Below, piece after piece: positions 1 to 8,998 of a stretch of DNA of 64,000 nucleotides. How positions within the stretch are numbered: position 1 is the first letter of the stretch; each line of letters opens with the position of its first letter. This DNA comes from Candidatus Kaiserbacteria bacterium (GTDB lineage: Bacteria; Patescibacteriota; Minisyncoccia; Phycocordibacterales; JABAAK01): positions 2,770-66,769 of the forward strand of contig JAPPJI010000021.1 in NCBI GenBank assembly GCA_028820405.1. The letters are read 5' to 3'. The position numbers were made by a program, and so were the translations under genes. The notes beneath the pieces were generated by a model, which saw only the letters and a list, made by a program, of their open reading frames with translations, had not been told where the DNA came from and searched no databases.

Positions 1-1
1 G

Positions 2-268
2 ACGGAACGATACCGGGAAATCATGGAACGATTCGACATACCGGCTGAGGAAGTGGAGGCGTGCCGGGAACAGGACAGCATCGCGGCACACATAGCCATT
101 GCGGCAAAAGATGTTGTCGAGCTCGACATTGAAGAGACACCGCACATTCAATTCATCTCACGATCCGGCGAACTCCTCTTTGACGGTGTCGGTGTTCTCT
201 CAGCAACCGAACTGGAGAGCTTCGTCGCACACATCATGCAAAGCAGGCGACAGGAAACGGAAGACTAA
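2..268 (+). CDS. C-terminal part of a possible DsbA/thioredoxin-fold protein (frame open to window start)
   Basis: No stop upstream of the ATG at 23; C...LDIEETPHIQF...GVLSATELESF resembles the DsbA C-terminus with the TP loop. Confidence 0.45.
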   Translation, partial: TERYREIMERFDIPAEEVEACREQDSIAAHIAIAAKDVVELDIEETPHIQFISRSGELLFDGVGVLSATELESFVAHIMQSRRQETED

Positions 269-1611
269 TTGATCCTTTCGTTAACGTACGAGGCAAGGTC
301 TTCGATAGCGACACGGTCCTGTTTCATGGAGTCACGGTCCCGAACCGTTACCGTCTCATTTTCCTCGGTCTCGTGGTCAACCGTCACGGCAAACGGAGTA
401 CCGATCTCATCAGCACGACGATATCGCTTCCCGACCGCTCCCGTGTCGTCATAGTATGCGGAGACGTGCTTCGCAAGGTCTTCAACGATGCGGTGAGCAA
501 TACGCTGCTGCCCTTCCCGACGGAAGAGCGGTAACACGGCAACCTGCATCGGTGCGATCGACGGTTTGAACCTGAGTACCGTTCGTTCGGTCCCGTCGTC
601 AAGTGTTTCAACGGCATACGCGTCAGCAAGGAGGGCAAGGAACAGCCGACCCACGCCGATAGAGGTTTCAACAACTGCCGGCACGATATGTTCATTCCGG
701 TCCTGATCAAAGTACGTTAAACGTTCTTTTGCGTGCAATGCATGCTGCGTCAGATCATACGTTCCCCGGTCATGCACTCCTTCAAGCTCCTTCCATCCGA
801 AGGGATAGTGGTATTCAATGTCACTTGCTGCTGACGCGTAAAAAACAAGATTTTTGTGCTCAGTCACCCGCAGGTTCTCCTTCCGCAATCCCAGGGCAAC
901 CAGTGCCTCCTGCCGAGATGCAAGAAACGCAGCGAAGTGTTCACTACTCGTATCTTCGTGGCAGAAGTACTGCATTTCCATTTGTTCAAACTCCCGGGTA
1001 CGGAACAGGAACTGTCGGGGAGATATTTCATTGCGAAACGCTTTTCCGATCTGTGCAATACCAAACGGCAGTTTCATATGCATGCTGTCGAGCACCTGCT
1101 TGAAATTCACATAGATACCCTGGCAGGTCTCTCCCCGCAGGTATACTTCTCCCTCACCGATACCGGCTGAGACGAGGAGGTTTTGAAACGTCGGTGTCCC
1201 GAGATCATCGGGATCGCACACCTGTATTTTTTCCTTGTGTTGTTCAAAAATGGCACAGAACTCCTCCTGACTCATCCGCTCATCTGCCGCAACGCCCGCA
1301 TCCTCAAGCAAGTGGTCGGCCCGATACCGCTTCCCGGTCTTCTTGCAGACAACAACCGGATCGGTGAACCCGGTCGTATGCCCTGACGCCTCCCAGACGC
1401 TCGGGTGCATCACAATACCGGCATCAAGACCGACGATATCCTGTCGCTTTCGCACCATGGATGACCACCACTGCTGCTTAATGTTATTCGCCAACTCAAC
1501 GCCGAGCGGACCGTAGTCATAGATACCGGCACAGCCGTCGTAGATCTCTGAGGACGGAAACACAAACCCTCGCTTCTTTGCTAACTGAACAATCTCTTCC
1601 AGTGATGCCAT
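265..1611 (-). CDS. glyQS: Glycine--tRNA ligase (alpha2 type)
   Basis: KKRGFVFPSSEIY, YDYGPLG, LRGETCQGIY, FRNEISPRQFLFRTREFEQME and anticodon domain GKRYRRADEIGTPF. Confidence 0.97.
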   Translation of the reverse strand: MASLEEIVQLAKKRGFVFPSSEIYDGCAGIYDYGPLGVELANNIKQQWWSSMVRKRQDIVGLDAGIVMHPSVWEASGHTTGFTDPVVVCKKTGKRYRADHLLEDAGVAADERMSQEEFCAIFEQHKEKIQVCDPDDLGTPTFQNLLVSAGIGEGEVYLRGETCQGIYVNFKQVLDSMHMKLPFGIAQIGKAFRNEISPRQFLFRTREFEQMEMQYFCHEDTSSEHFAAFLASRQEALVALGLRKENLRVTEHKNLVFYASAASDIEYHYPFGWKELEGVHDRGTYDLTQHALHAKERLTYFDQDRNEHIVPAVVETSIGVGRLFLALLADAYAVETLDDGTERTVLRFKPSIAPMQVAVLPLFRREGQQRIAHRIVEDLAKHVSAYYDDTGAVGKRYRRADEIGTPFAVTVDHETEENETVTVRDRDSMKQDRVAIEDLASYVNERIN

Positions 1612-1631
1612 AACTTCATCAGTATACCGCT

Positions 1632-2558
1632 TTACCGCACAGAAGGCGATAACAGCATGCTTCGATACAGCTGAAAGAGTGTCTGCATGTCAATAAATCG
1701 CTCTTCCTTCGTCGAGTTGAGCACGACAAAAGCAATACGTCGTCCCTGAATCTCGAGAACCATGAGAAGTGTTCCTCCCGCAATGTTTGTAAATCCGGTC
1801 TTCGACAGAAGTACCGGATGCGGCAGATTCCCGAGCAACTCATTCGTGTTCTCCGCACGATACTCCCTCCCGTCAAGTGTGTAGAACAGCCGCTCACTTC
1901 TTGCTGTTGCATTCGCGAGTTCGGGTTCATTCCGTATGAGAATTGACGCGATGGCGGCAAGGTCACGGGCGGAACTCTCAGATCCGGCAAGGGTTCCGTG
2001 TGCATCAAGACCGGTCACGTTGACGAAGTGAGTCTGTACGAGACCGTGCTCCCTTGCAAAGGTATTCATCAGGTCAACGAGCGGTGTGCCGACCTTCTCC
2101 TCAACTGTCCTTGCAACGGCACTAATTCCGCCGTTTGAGGATGTCATAAGGGCATAGCGGATGAGGTCAAGGGTTCGCCACCGATCTCCCGGTTTAATCG
2201 GGGTAATTTGCAGGACAGAGAGGTCCTCTTCAGTGACGGTGGTGGTGTCAAAATCGTTGATCTTTCTCACGGCGATGAGTGCCGCGGTGAGCTTAGTGAT
2301 GGAGGCGATTGACGTCGGTGTCATCGGGTTCTTTCCCGCAAGGATCCGGTTGGCATCAATATCGTAGATAACGGCTGATGTAGCAACCACTTCGTTGGTG
2401 ATCGACGTGTACTGCTCCGGTTGGTATTCATAGACGGAAAAATCATCGACGATGCGAACCCCTCTCGGTGCCGCGACGAGGACAACACTGGCGATGATAA
2501 AGAGTACTGACACCAAAAAAAACGGTCTCCCCCTTTCTTTTCTCTCCCCGGTCCCCAT
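1632..2558 (-). CDS. D-alanyl-D-alanine carboxypeptidase (peptidase S11)
   Basis: N-terminal TM; SxxK (ASITKL), SxN (SSN), KTG (SKTGFT). Confidence 0.9.
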   Translation of the reverse strand: MGTGERKERGRPFFLVSVLFIIASVVLVAAPRGVRIVDDFSVYEYQPEQYTSITNEVVATSAVIYDIDANRILAGKNPMTPTSIASITKLTAALIAVRKINDFDTTTVTEEDLSVLQITPIKPGDRWRTLDLIRYALMTSSNGGISAVARTVEEKVGTPLVDLMNTFAREHGLVQTHFVNVTGLDAHGTLAGSESSARDLAAIASILIRNEPELANATARSERLFYTLDGREYRAENTNELLGNLPHPVLLSKTGFTNIAGGTLLMVLEIQGRRIAFVVLNSTKEERFIDMQTLFQLYRSMLLSPSVR

Positions 2559-2560
2559 GA

Positions 2561-3100
2561 CTACCTCTCGTTACCACCCACCTCTTCCAGACCCTTCCTG
2601 AGCGATTCATGAATCTCTGCGTATTCCGGCAGATCTCCCTTCTTGCTCACACCAAGGTGTGACAGAAGGTCTGCAGTCACATCGAACGCCCGTGCCTTCC
2701 CCACCGACACCTCCTGGATGAGACCGCGAACCAGCAGTTGCCGGGTTGTGTACTGCGTGTTGACTCCACGGAGGAAATCAAGGTCAATCTTGGTAATCGG
2801 TCCTGCATATGCAATGAGTGAGAGTGTCTCTTGAGCTGCGTTTGAAAGCGGTGCGGTTTTCTCTTTCTGATGCACCTGTTGCATAAAGTGATCAAGACGC
2901 GGACTGCTGACGAGTGACAGTGAAGTGCCGTCATCAACGGGCACAACACCGCTTGCGAGCCGTTCCTTTGCGAGGGCGTCCGCAATTGAGTCAATTTCAT
3001 CAACCTTGCATCCGAGAAAAGAAGCCGCACTCTTTTTCGTCAGCGGCGATCCGTGGGTAAAGAGGAGGGCTTCGAGTTTTGCAACGTGGTCCTGGTTCAT
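2561..3100 (-). CDS. scpB: SMC-Scp complex subunit ScpB
   Basis: LEALLF...LSNAAQETLSLIAYAGPITK..LDFLRGVN. Confidence 0.93.
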   Translation of the reverse strand: MNQDHVAKLEALLFTHGSPLTKKSAASFLGCKVDEIDSIADALAKERLASGVVPVDDGTSLSLVSSPRLDHFMQQVHQKEKTAPLSNAAQETLSLIAYAGPITKIDLDFLRGVNTQYTTRQLLVRGLIQEVSVGKARAFDVTADLLSHLGVSKKGDLPEYAEIHESLRKGLEEVGGNER

Positions 3101-3825
3101 ACCGTCTGCTTTGAAATCATAATATCATCAAACTGTCGATCCTGATGTGCCTGCAGGAGGTTCTTTTTGATCAATTCAAGTACGGCGAGGAATGAGACAA
3201 TACTCTCCGCCTTATCCTTCATTGCCATTGAACGAAACGATACCGACACCCGGTCTGACACTGCGGAGAGTACTTTGTCGATCACCTCTTCGATCATGAC
3301 ACGCTTCTCCACGTGTTTTTTCGGTATCTCCTGCAAAAACACCATGTGCCGTACGACTGCCCGTGCGTGGGCGTGGAGCCGCTTTGCACTGCAAGAGAGG
3401 TCCGGAGAAAATGAGACCTCCCGCTCACTCTTGTACACCTGAACGGTATACATCTGCCGTCGCCACGAATGCAATTTCGGCACGACGTGCTCTCGGATGT
3501 ACTCAAACAGTCTCACCCGATCCTCAAGCTGCCGTACATCAACTTCCTCTTCCTCAGTGTATTCGAGCATATCCAGCAGTGATTTCGACTTGATGAGGAT
3601 AAGGATTGAGGCAACGTGCATGAAATGTGCAATTTCCTCTGCCGTCACCGCATCCCCCTGCTTTGTGTGGCGGAGGTAGTCAGCGGTTACCTTTGCAAGT
3701 GACACGGTATTGATCTGCAGTTTCCGCTTGGTGATGAGCTGGTAGAGGAGGTCAATGGGTCCTTCAAACGATTCAACTGACACAACGTACTCTTTCGCAC
3801 TATTCATCATACAGCTTGACGTCAA
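3097..3825 (-). CDS. scpA: Segregation/condensation protein ScpA
   Basis: FEGPIDLLYQLI, LIKSKSLL, VSFLAVLELIK; adjacent to scpB; start may be one of the next two Met codons. Confidence 0.93.
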   Translation of the reverse strand: MTSSCMMNSAKEYVVSVESFEGPIDLLYQLITKRKLQINTVSLAKVTADYLRHTKQGDAVTAEEIAHFMHVASILILIKSKSLLDMLEYTEEEEVDVRQLEDRVRLFEYIREHVVPKLHSWRRQMYTVQVYKSEREVSFSPDLSCSAKRLHAHARAVVRHMVFLQEIPKKHVEKRVMIEEVIDKVLSAVSDRVSVSFRSMAMKDKAESIVSFLAVLELIKKNLLQAHQDRQFDDIMISKQTV

Positions 3826-5137
3826 TTCTGTTTCTATCCCGCGGGAACATAGATGCCTCTTTTGCGTTCTGCAGTCCGCAGAGTTTCGCCGTCAGCCGCT
3901 CAAGCCCCATTCCCATACCGCCGTGCGGCGGCATACCGTACCGAAACGCCTGGAGGTAGAAGGAGAACACGGTCTCAGGGTCGGCAATGCCGGTCTTTTT
4001 CGTGATCTTCTCAATAAGTGTGCTGTAGTCGTGGATACGCTGTCCGCCGGTGCTGATCTCAATCCCCCGGAACAGGAGATCAAATCCTTTGGTATATCCC
4101 GGATCATCTGCATCATCGTAGGTGTACATCGGTCGGGTTTCTGTCGGATAGTGGGTGATGAAAATGAAATCAGATCCCGTCTCTTTCTGTGCGTGCTCGC
4201 AGAGCACCCGCTCATGTTCCGGTGCAAGATCTTTCTCCCCTTCACACGATATGCCGTACTTCTCGGACAACAGGACCTGTGCCTCCGTCAGCTTCATGCT
4301 CGGAAACGGTGTCTCCGGAACGATCGGCAACGATGCCTCCAGCACTGTCAGATGGTTCTTGCACCGATCCGCAACCTGCCGCACGATGTGCCGGACACAT
4401 CCTTCAAGCATCGCCTGCACATCAGTGTGATCGGTAATGTACCCCATCTCAAAGTCCATGCTGGTGTACTCGTTGAGGTGACGGGACGTGCTGTGCTTCT
4501 CTGCACGAAAGACGTTTCCGACAGAAAACACCCGTTCAAACGCACCGACGAGAATCTGCTTGTATAGCTGCGGACTTGTCGCAAGTGATGCCCGCTTGTC
4601 AAAGTAATCAACACCGAATACCTCGGCACCGCCTTCTGCGTCACCTCCGACGATAGCCGGTGCCTGAAACTCCATGAACCCTTCCCCGGAGAGGTACTCA
4701 CGAAATGCCTGTGCAACCGACATCTGCACGCGAAAAACTGCCTGTTCACGACTTCTTCGCAGAGTCAGGGGACGATAGTCAAAGAGGGTATCGATATTGA
4801 TGTCCGCATCGCGATCAAACGGAAGGGTTTGTGCTGCTGCTGATTGAGAGAAGGAGGAGACGAGAATCTCAAGAGCACCGTTGTCCCCGTCAGACCGGTT
4901 TTTCTCAGAACGATCCTGCACCGCCCCGGTCACCATGAGAATACTCTCCGGCGTCAGCTTTTGGGCTTCAGCAAATTGCGGGTGATCCCCCTTCAGGACA
5001 CACTGCACTGATCCGGTCCTGTCGGCAAGGTCAATAAAAAGCACCTTGCCGTGGTCCCGGACAACGAGCACTTTCCCCCATACGGTCACTTCCGACCCAT
5101 TGTGCTCCCGCACCTGCCGCAACAGACATCGCTCCAT
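3800..5137 (-). CDS. aspS: Aspartate--tRNA(Asp/Asn) ligase, archaeal/non-discriminating type
   Basis: OB-fold RDHGKVLFIDL, SPQLYKQ, FRAEKHSTSRHLNEY, PPHGGMGMGLERL; start placed 8 nt after TATACT. Confidence 0.93.
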   Translation of the reverse strand: MERCLLRQVREHNGSEVTVWGKVLVVRDHGKVLFIDLADRTGSVQCVLKGDHPQFAEAQKLTPESILMVTGAVQDRSEKNRSDGDNGALEILVSSFSQSAAAQTLPFDRDADINIDTLFDYRPLTLRRSREQAVFRVQMSVAQAFREYLSGEGFMEFQAPAIVGGDAEGGAEVFGVDYFDKRASLATSPQLYKQILVGAFERVFSVGNVFRAEKHSTSRHLNEYTSMDFEMGYITDHTDVQAMLEGCVRHIVRQVADRCKNHLTVLEASLPIVPETPFPSMKLTEAQVLLSEKYGISCEGEKDLAPEHERVLCEHAQKETGSDFIFITHYPTETRPMYTYDDADDPGYTKGFDLLFRGIEISTGGQRIHDYSTLIEKITKKTGIADPETVFSFYLQAFRYGMPPHGGMGMGLERLTAKLCGLQNAKEASMFPRDRNRIDVKLYDE

Positions 5138-5192
5138 ATGGGCGCAGTATATCACACCGAACACTCACCGCTGTCAATGCCTGAGAACGTAC
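5138..5192 (+). repeat. Left copy of a degenerate direct repeat flanking TA module 1
   Basis: atgggcgcagtatatcac...atgcctgagaacgtac matches 6199-6261; 16/18 identical in the first block. Confidence 0.6.
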
Positions 5193-5224
5193 CGAAAACA
5201 TCGCAACCCTGTATACTGCACAGA

Positions 5225-5821
5225 ATGGATAACCGTGTCACACTACTGGAAGATGAAATTGTCACCCGGGTACAAACGGCCCGATATATGCTCGAAAAAT
5301 TGGGAAAGCCGTGTGATTCACTGAAACTCATCAAGCTTATTGCCCTTGCTGATATCTACAAGCTACGGCTTGAGGGTGAAACGATAACGGGAGATGATTA
5401 TGTTGCCATGAAAAACGGACCCGCACCGTCCAACACTTCTAACATCATCAGGTTTAACAGTGACTATGTGGACGGCGATACACTGACGTATGCAGGAAAC
5501 TACATAGAAAAGCACAACACCACTATCTCAGCAAAAGAGGGTGACGTAGCATATGACTACCTGTCTGATTTCGATAAGAAGTGTATTGATTACGTGGTAG
5601 AGAAATATGGCAACTTATCTGCATCTGACCTCACAGACGGAAATGGCGGAGAAAACGTACATGCATTTGAGGCATGGAAGAAACATGATATTCGTGCCTT
5701 TGGTCCCGGACAGGTTGCACCGATACACATGGAAGACTTTTTTACAAATGACGGTCCGGTTCAGGTAGATGAGGCTGACATAGAACGGTCAAGAGAGAGA
5801 TACCTTCATGGCAACCTTTGA
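5225..5821 (+). CDS. Panacea (DUF4065/SocA-like) antitoxin
   Basis: LKLIKLIALADIYKLRLEGETITGDDYVAMKNGP, LSDFDKKCIDYVVEKYGNLSASDL, H..EAW. Confidence 0.85.
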   Translation: MDNRVTLLEDEIVTRVQTARYMLEKLGKPCDSLKLIKLIALADIYKLRLEGETITGDDYVAMKNGPAPSNTSNIIRFNSDYVDGDTLTYAGNYIEKHNTTISAKEGDVAYDYLSDFDKKCIDYVVEKYGNLSASDLTDGNGGENVHAFEAWKKHDIRAFGPGQVAPIHMEDFFTNDGPVQVDEADIERSRERYLHGNL

Positions 5822-6221
5822 AAAACGAGACATCGCATACTATCTCAGCTCCAAAATAAAAAAGAACAAAGAAGGGAGAAAAGAGAGGCATTACCACATT
5901 TTGTGTGCTCAATTTACGGACCGCTCCGGGTATGTCTGGTTGCAGATTATCGGAACGAGCAAGGAGATAGAAAATAACAATGAAAATGTTATTGTCATTG
6001 AACCGTCTATGTGTAACGCATTCACCAAAAGAACACGGTTCAACTGTGACTATGTTTATGCAATCCAAGAAGAGGAGTTGCAAGGTGCGAGCATACGAGG
6101 TAGGGTGCCAGAAAATGTATTTGAAACCCTAAAACAGGCGATCGGGAGATCGAACAAAGTGAAGCCGATTTACAAAAAAAGGATGAACATAGTGTGCCAT
6201 GGGCACAGTACATCACGATAA
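5808..6221 (+). CDS. Putative Panacea-associated toxin, PemK/MazF-like pattern
   Basis: Overlaps the antitoxin by 14 nt; KERHYHIL...IIGTS...AFTKRTRFNCDYV...IRGRV..VFETLKQAI resembles PemK topology. Confidence 0.55.
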   Translation: MATFEKRDIAYYLSSKIKKNKEGRKERHYHILCAQFTDRSGYVWLQIIGTSKEIENNNENVIVIEPSMCNAFTKRTRFNCDYVYAIQEEELQGASIRGRVPENVFETLKQAIGRSNKVKPIYKKRMNIVCHGHSTSR

Positions 6222-6261
6222 GCATTCACTATCACCCATCGTTTATGCCAAGAGAAAGTAC
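6199..6261 (+). repeat. Right copy of a degenerate direct repeat flanking TA module 1
   Basis: atgggcacagtacatcac...atgccaagagaaagtac. Confidence 0.6.
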
Positions 6262-6280
6262 TCAATGCTTCATCCGGGTA

Positions 6281-7270
6281 CTACGACACCAGTCCGAGCA
6301 ATCGTTTTGCCTCATGCAATCGGTCAGAAAAAAGGGTATTCAGGGTATCACGATTCTTTTCCAGAATACGGTCAACATACTCCCCGTCGCCCTCTGTTTT
6401 CTGATATTGCTCACGTGCTTTTGCAAAGTACGCAAGATATGCATCTGCAAGCTGATCCTTCAATTCTTTATACGTCACACCCCCAGAGCGACATTGGTCT
6501 TCCCGTGCGAGGTACTCTTTTTCTGAGAGCATAAGTTTGAGGTACGTGCAAATAAGACAGGTGGCAGGATCTATCGGCTCACCGGCCGGTGTTGAGTCAG
6601 TTTTAATAGATTGTATCTGCTGCCGAATCACCTCCTCACTGCCAAAAATCGGAATAGTGTTTCGATATGACTTACTCATCTTTTCGCCGTCAATCCCCGG
6701 AACAGTCATTTGATCCTCTGCACGTTCTTCAGGTTCCGTAAAATAATCGGTGCCGGTCAGCCGATGAAATCTCCTCGCAAACTCTCGTGTAATCTCAATA
6801 TGCTGCACCTGGTCTTTGCCGACCGGAACAACAGCGGCGTCAGGAAGCAGAATATCTGCGGCCATAAGAGCTGGGTAGAGGAACGTGCCGACTGACGGTT
6901 CACTTCCCTTTTGCACTGCATCTTTGTATGCATGACCAATGGTTAAAAACGGCATCTTCACCATACAGGCGAATATCCATGCAAGCTCGGTAATCTGAGG
7001 AAAGTCAGATTGTCGATAGATCATGACACGATTAGGATCAATGCCCAGAGCCGTAAACGATCGGACAAACGTGGAAAACAGCTGTTCCTGCTCGTCTCTG
7101 CGATGTACCTCACGGTCACTGAGCCCGGTCAACGCATGAAGGTCTGCAACGAAAAGAAACACCTCTTCCCCACCTTCTTGCATAGCAACAATCTGTTGAA
7201 TTGCACCAAAATAGTTGCCGAGATGCAATTCGCCGGTCGGTTTCAGTCCTGTGAGAATCCGCTTTCCCAT
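6281..7270 (-). CDS. trpS: Tryptophan--tRNA ligase
   Basis: GLKPTGELHLGNY (HIGH), VPVGKDQVQHIE, KMSKS. Confidence 0.97.
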   Translation of the reverse strand: MGKRILTGLKPTGELHLGNYFGAIQQIVAMQEGGEEVFLFVADLHALTGLSDREVHRRDEQEQLFSTFVRSFTALGIDPNRVMIYRQSDFPQITELAWIFACMVKMPFLTIGHAYKDAVQKGSEPSVGTFLYPALMAADILLPDAAVVPVGKDQVQHIEITREFARRFHRLTGTDYFTEPEERAEDQMTVPGIDGEKMSKSYRNTIPIFGSEEVIRQQIQSIKTDSTPAGEPIDPATCLICTYLKLMLSEKEYLAREDQCRSGGVTYKELKDQLADAYLAYFAKAREQYQKTEGDGEYVDRILEKNRDTLNTLFSDRLHEAKRLLGLVS

Positions 7271-7370
7271 AGCCAACGCATTATACAACACCACCACTAA
7301 AGACCTACCCCCCCCCCTCATGTGTGTAAAAGTTATCTCTTCAACGTAGCCACTCTGTATCAATAAAAAT

Positions 7371-7401
7371 AACCCGATGCAACCTACTGTTGCATCGGGT
7401 T
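7371..7401. terminator. Intrinsic terminator hairpin downstream of orphan 7432-7779
   Basis: 13-bp inverted repeat aacccgatgcaac/gttgcatcgggtt with A/T flanks. Confidence 0.75.
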
Positions 7402-7431
7402 TTGCTAAGGAAGCGATCACCCCCCTCTCTC

Positions 7432-7779
7432 CTATTTCCGTGCCGGAGCTGTCTCATTCGCCGGCGAACTCCATCCCTGCTGCAAGGTGGCGAGCATGTC
7501 AACGAGATCATGCATATCACCGCTTCGAACCAGCATGATGGCCGAGAAATGGTGTGGTTCTGCAGCCGTGTTTCCCAGCCCTCTCATGTCGGCATCAATG
7601 ACCCGGCTCGATACCGGTCGGAGAACGGGAGGGTCAGGGTGTCGCCAATCGTCCCACTGGTCACGTGCAAACTCGCGCACGTCAAATCCGGTCGACTTGT
7701 TGACGACGATCACTGCTACAAAAACGACCACCACAACTGCCACGACGAGTGTGATACGCTCTAGCCACACTTCTAACAT
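7432..7779 (-). CDS. Hypothetical single-TM protein
   Basis: Strong SD AAAGGAGGT 6 nt before ATG; Val-rich TM; own terminator. Confidence 0.7.
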   Translation of the reverse strand: MLEVWLERITLVVAVVVVVFVAVIVVNKSTGFDVREFARDQWDDWRHPDPPVLRPVSSRVIDADMRGLGNTAAEPHHFSAIMLVRSGDMHDLVDMLATLQQGWSSPANETAPARK

Positions 7780-7864
7780 GGTACTACCTCCTTTGATGAG
7801 AGAAACGTCAGTTTTCTAAAACCGCCTCCGCATGCAGTATAGCAAGAACAAATACCTCCATCGC

Positions 7865-8275
7865 TTACCGCTTACTCCACTGCGGTGCCCGCCTCGCTTT
7901 TCGCAACCCAAACTTCTTCCGCTCCTTCTGCCTCGAATCTCGGGTCAGAAGACCGAGGTCCTTGAATAGTTTTCGTGCGCCTTCATCGCACGCAACCAAT
8001 GCACGGGCAAGCCCGTGGCTGACTGCCTGTGCTTGTGCTGAAATACCCCCTCCCTTTACCGTAATAGATGCATGGAGACCGGCGAACTCCTCTTTCTCAC
8101 CCCGCGGTCTCAGTGCTACCTGCGTCAGGTATCCTTTTGGAAAATATGCTTCGATATCCTTCCCGTTCACGGTTGTTTTTTTGAATATCTTGGAGACACG
8201 AACACGAGCAACCGCATGCTTTCTGCGGCCGACTGCCTCAATGTATCCTCCTCGTTCTACTTGATTCTCTGCCAT
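7865..8275 (-). CDS. rpsI: 30S ribosomal protein S9
   Basis: GRRKHAVARV, GGGISAQA, ERKKFGLRKARRAPQWSKR. Confidence 0.98.
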   Translation of the reverse strand: MAENQVERGGYIEAVGRRKHAVARVRVSKIFKKTTVNGKDIEAYFPKGYLTQVALRPRGEKEEFAGLHASITVKGGGISAQAQAVSHGLARALVACDEGARKLFKDLGLLTRDSRQKERKKFGLRKARRAPQWSKR

Positions 8276-8278
8276 AGG

Positions 8279-8638
8279 TTATTCGTTAATCTGCACCCGA
8301 CGCATCTTGCGGTCACGGAGCCGATTACTCGGTAGCATGCCATAGATTGCCCGGCGAAGCACCTCACCATACCCCCGCTTCTCTATGAGCTGAGCGAGTG
8401 ACTGCTCTTTCTTTCCGCCAAAGTACCCGGTGTATCGAACATACACCTTCTGCCGCTTCTTACGCTCATCAATTGCCATTTTTGACGCATTTTCAACGGT
8501 AACGAGCACATTCGGCACCTGATTCGGTGCGTAGGTCACGCTGTCCTTCCCGTTGAGTATGGTGGCAATCTTTGAGGCAGCCCGACCCAGTCGATCACCG
8601 GCAACATCTATGGTTATGTCTCGTCGTTTCTCTTCCAT
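8279..8638 (-). CDS. rplM: 50S ribosomal protein L13
   Basis: LGRAASKIA..LNGK, YTGYFGG, AIYGMLPSNRL. Confidence 0.97.
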   Translation of the reverse strand: MEEKRRDITIDVAGDRLGRAASKIATILNGKDSVTYAPNQVPNVLVTVENASKMAIDERKKRQKVYVRYTGYFGGKKEQSLAQLIEKRGYGEVLRRAIYGMLPSNRLRDRKMRRVQINE

Positions 8639-8640
8639 AC

Positions 8641-8994
8641 CTATACAAATTCAATCACCGCTGACGTTCGCCCGCTCCCCGGTCGTGGCTCAACCTTCGC
8701 GATCCTCGTGTAGCCGCCGGAGTGCTCTTTGTACTTCGGTCCGAGAACTTCAATCAGCTTCTTCACAACGGTGCGATCGTTGTTAAACCGGGCGAGGAGG
8801 AGCCGTCTCGTTGCCACGTCATCCTTTCTTGCCGTTGTTACCAACTTTTCAACAAACGGTCGGACAGACTTTGCCCGAGCAACGGTGGTGTGCACCTTTT
8901 CTTCCAGAATAACGGAGCGAGCGAGCGAGCGAAGCAACTGCTTACGCTGCTGTCCGACCCGCCCAAATTTTCTCTGCTTTCTGTGGTACGCCAT
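8641..8994 (-). CDS. rplQ: 50S ribosomal protein L17
   Basis: HRKQRKFGR, TTVARAK, GGYTRI. Confidence 0.97.
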   Translation of the reverse strand: MAYHRKQRKFGRVGQQRKQLLRSLARSVILEEKVHTTVARAKSVRPFVEKLVTTARKDDVATRRLLLARFNNDRTVVKKLIEVLGPKYKEHSGGYTRIAKVEPRPGSGRTSAVIEFV

Positions 8995-8998
8995 AGGT

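Noticed and set aside
3755-4567. 270-aa ORF antisense to aspS, and similar ORFs opposite dnaG, rpoA, gap and gatB
   Set aside because: Expected antisense frames produced by codon bias
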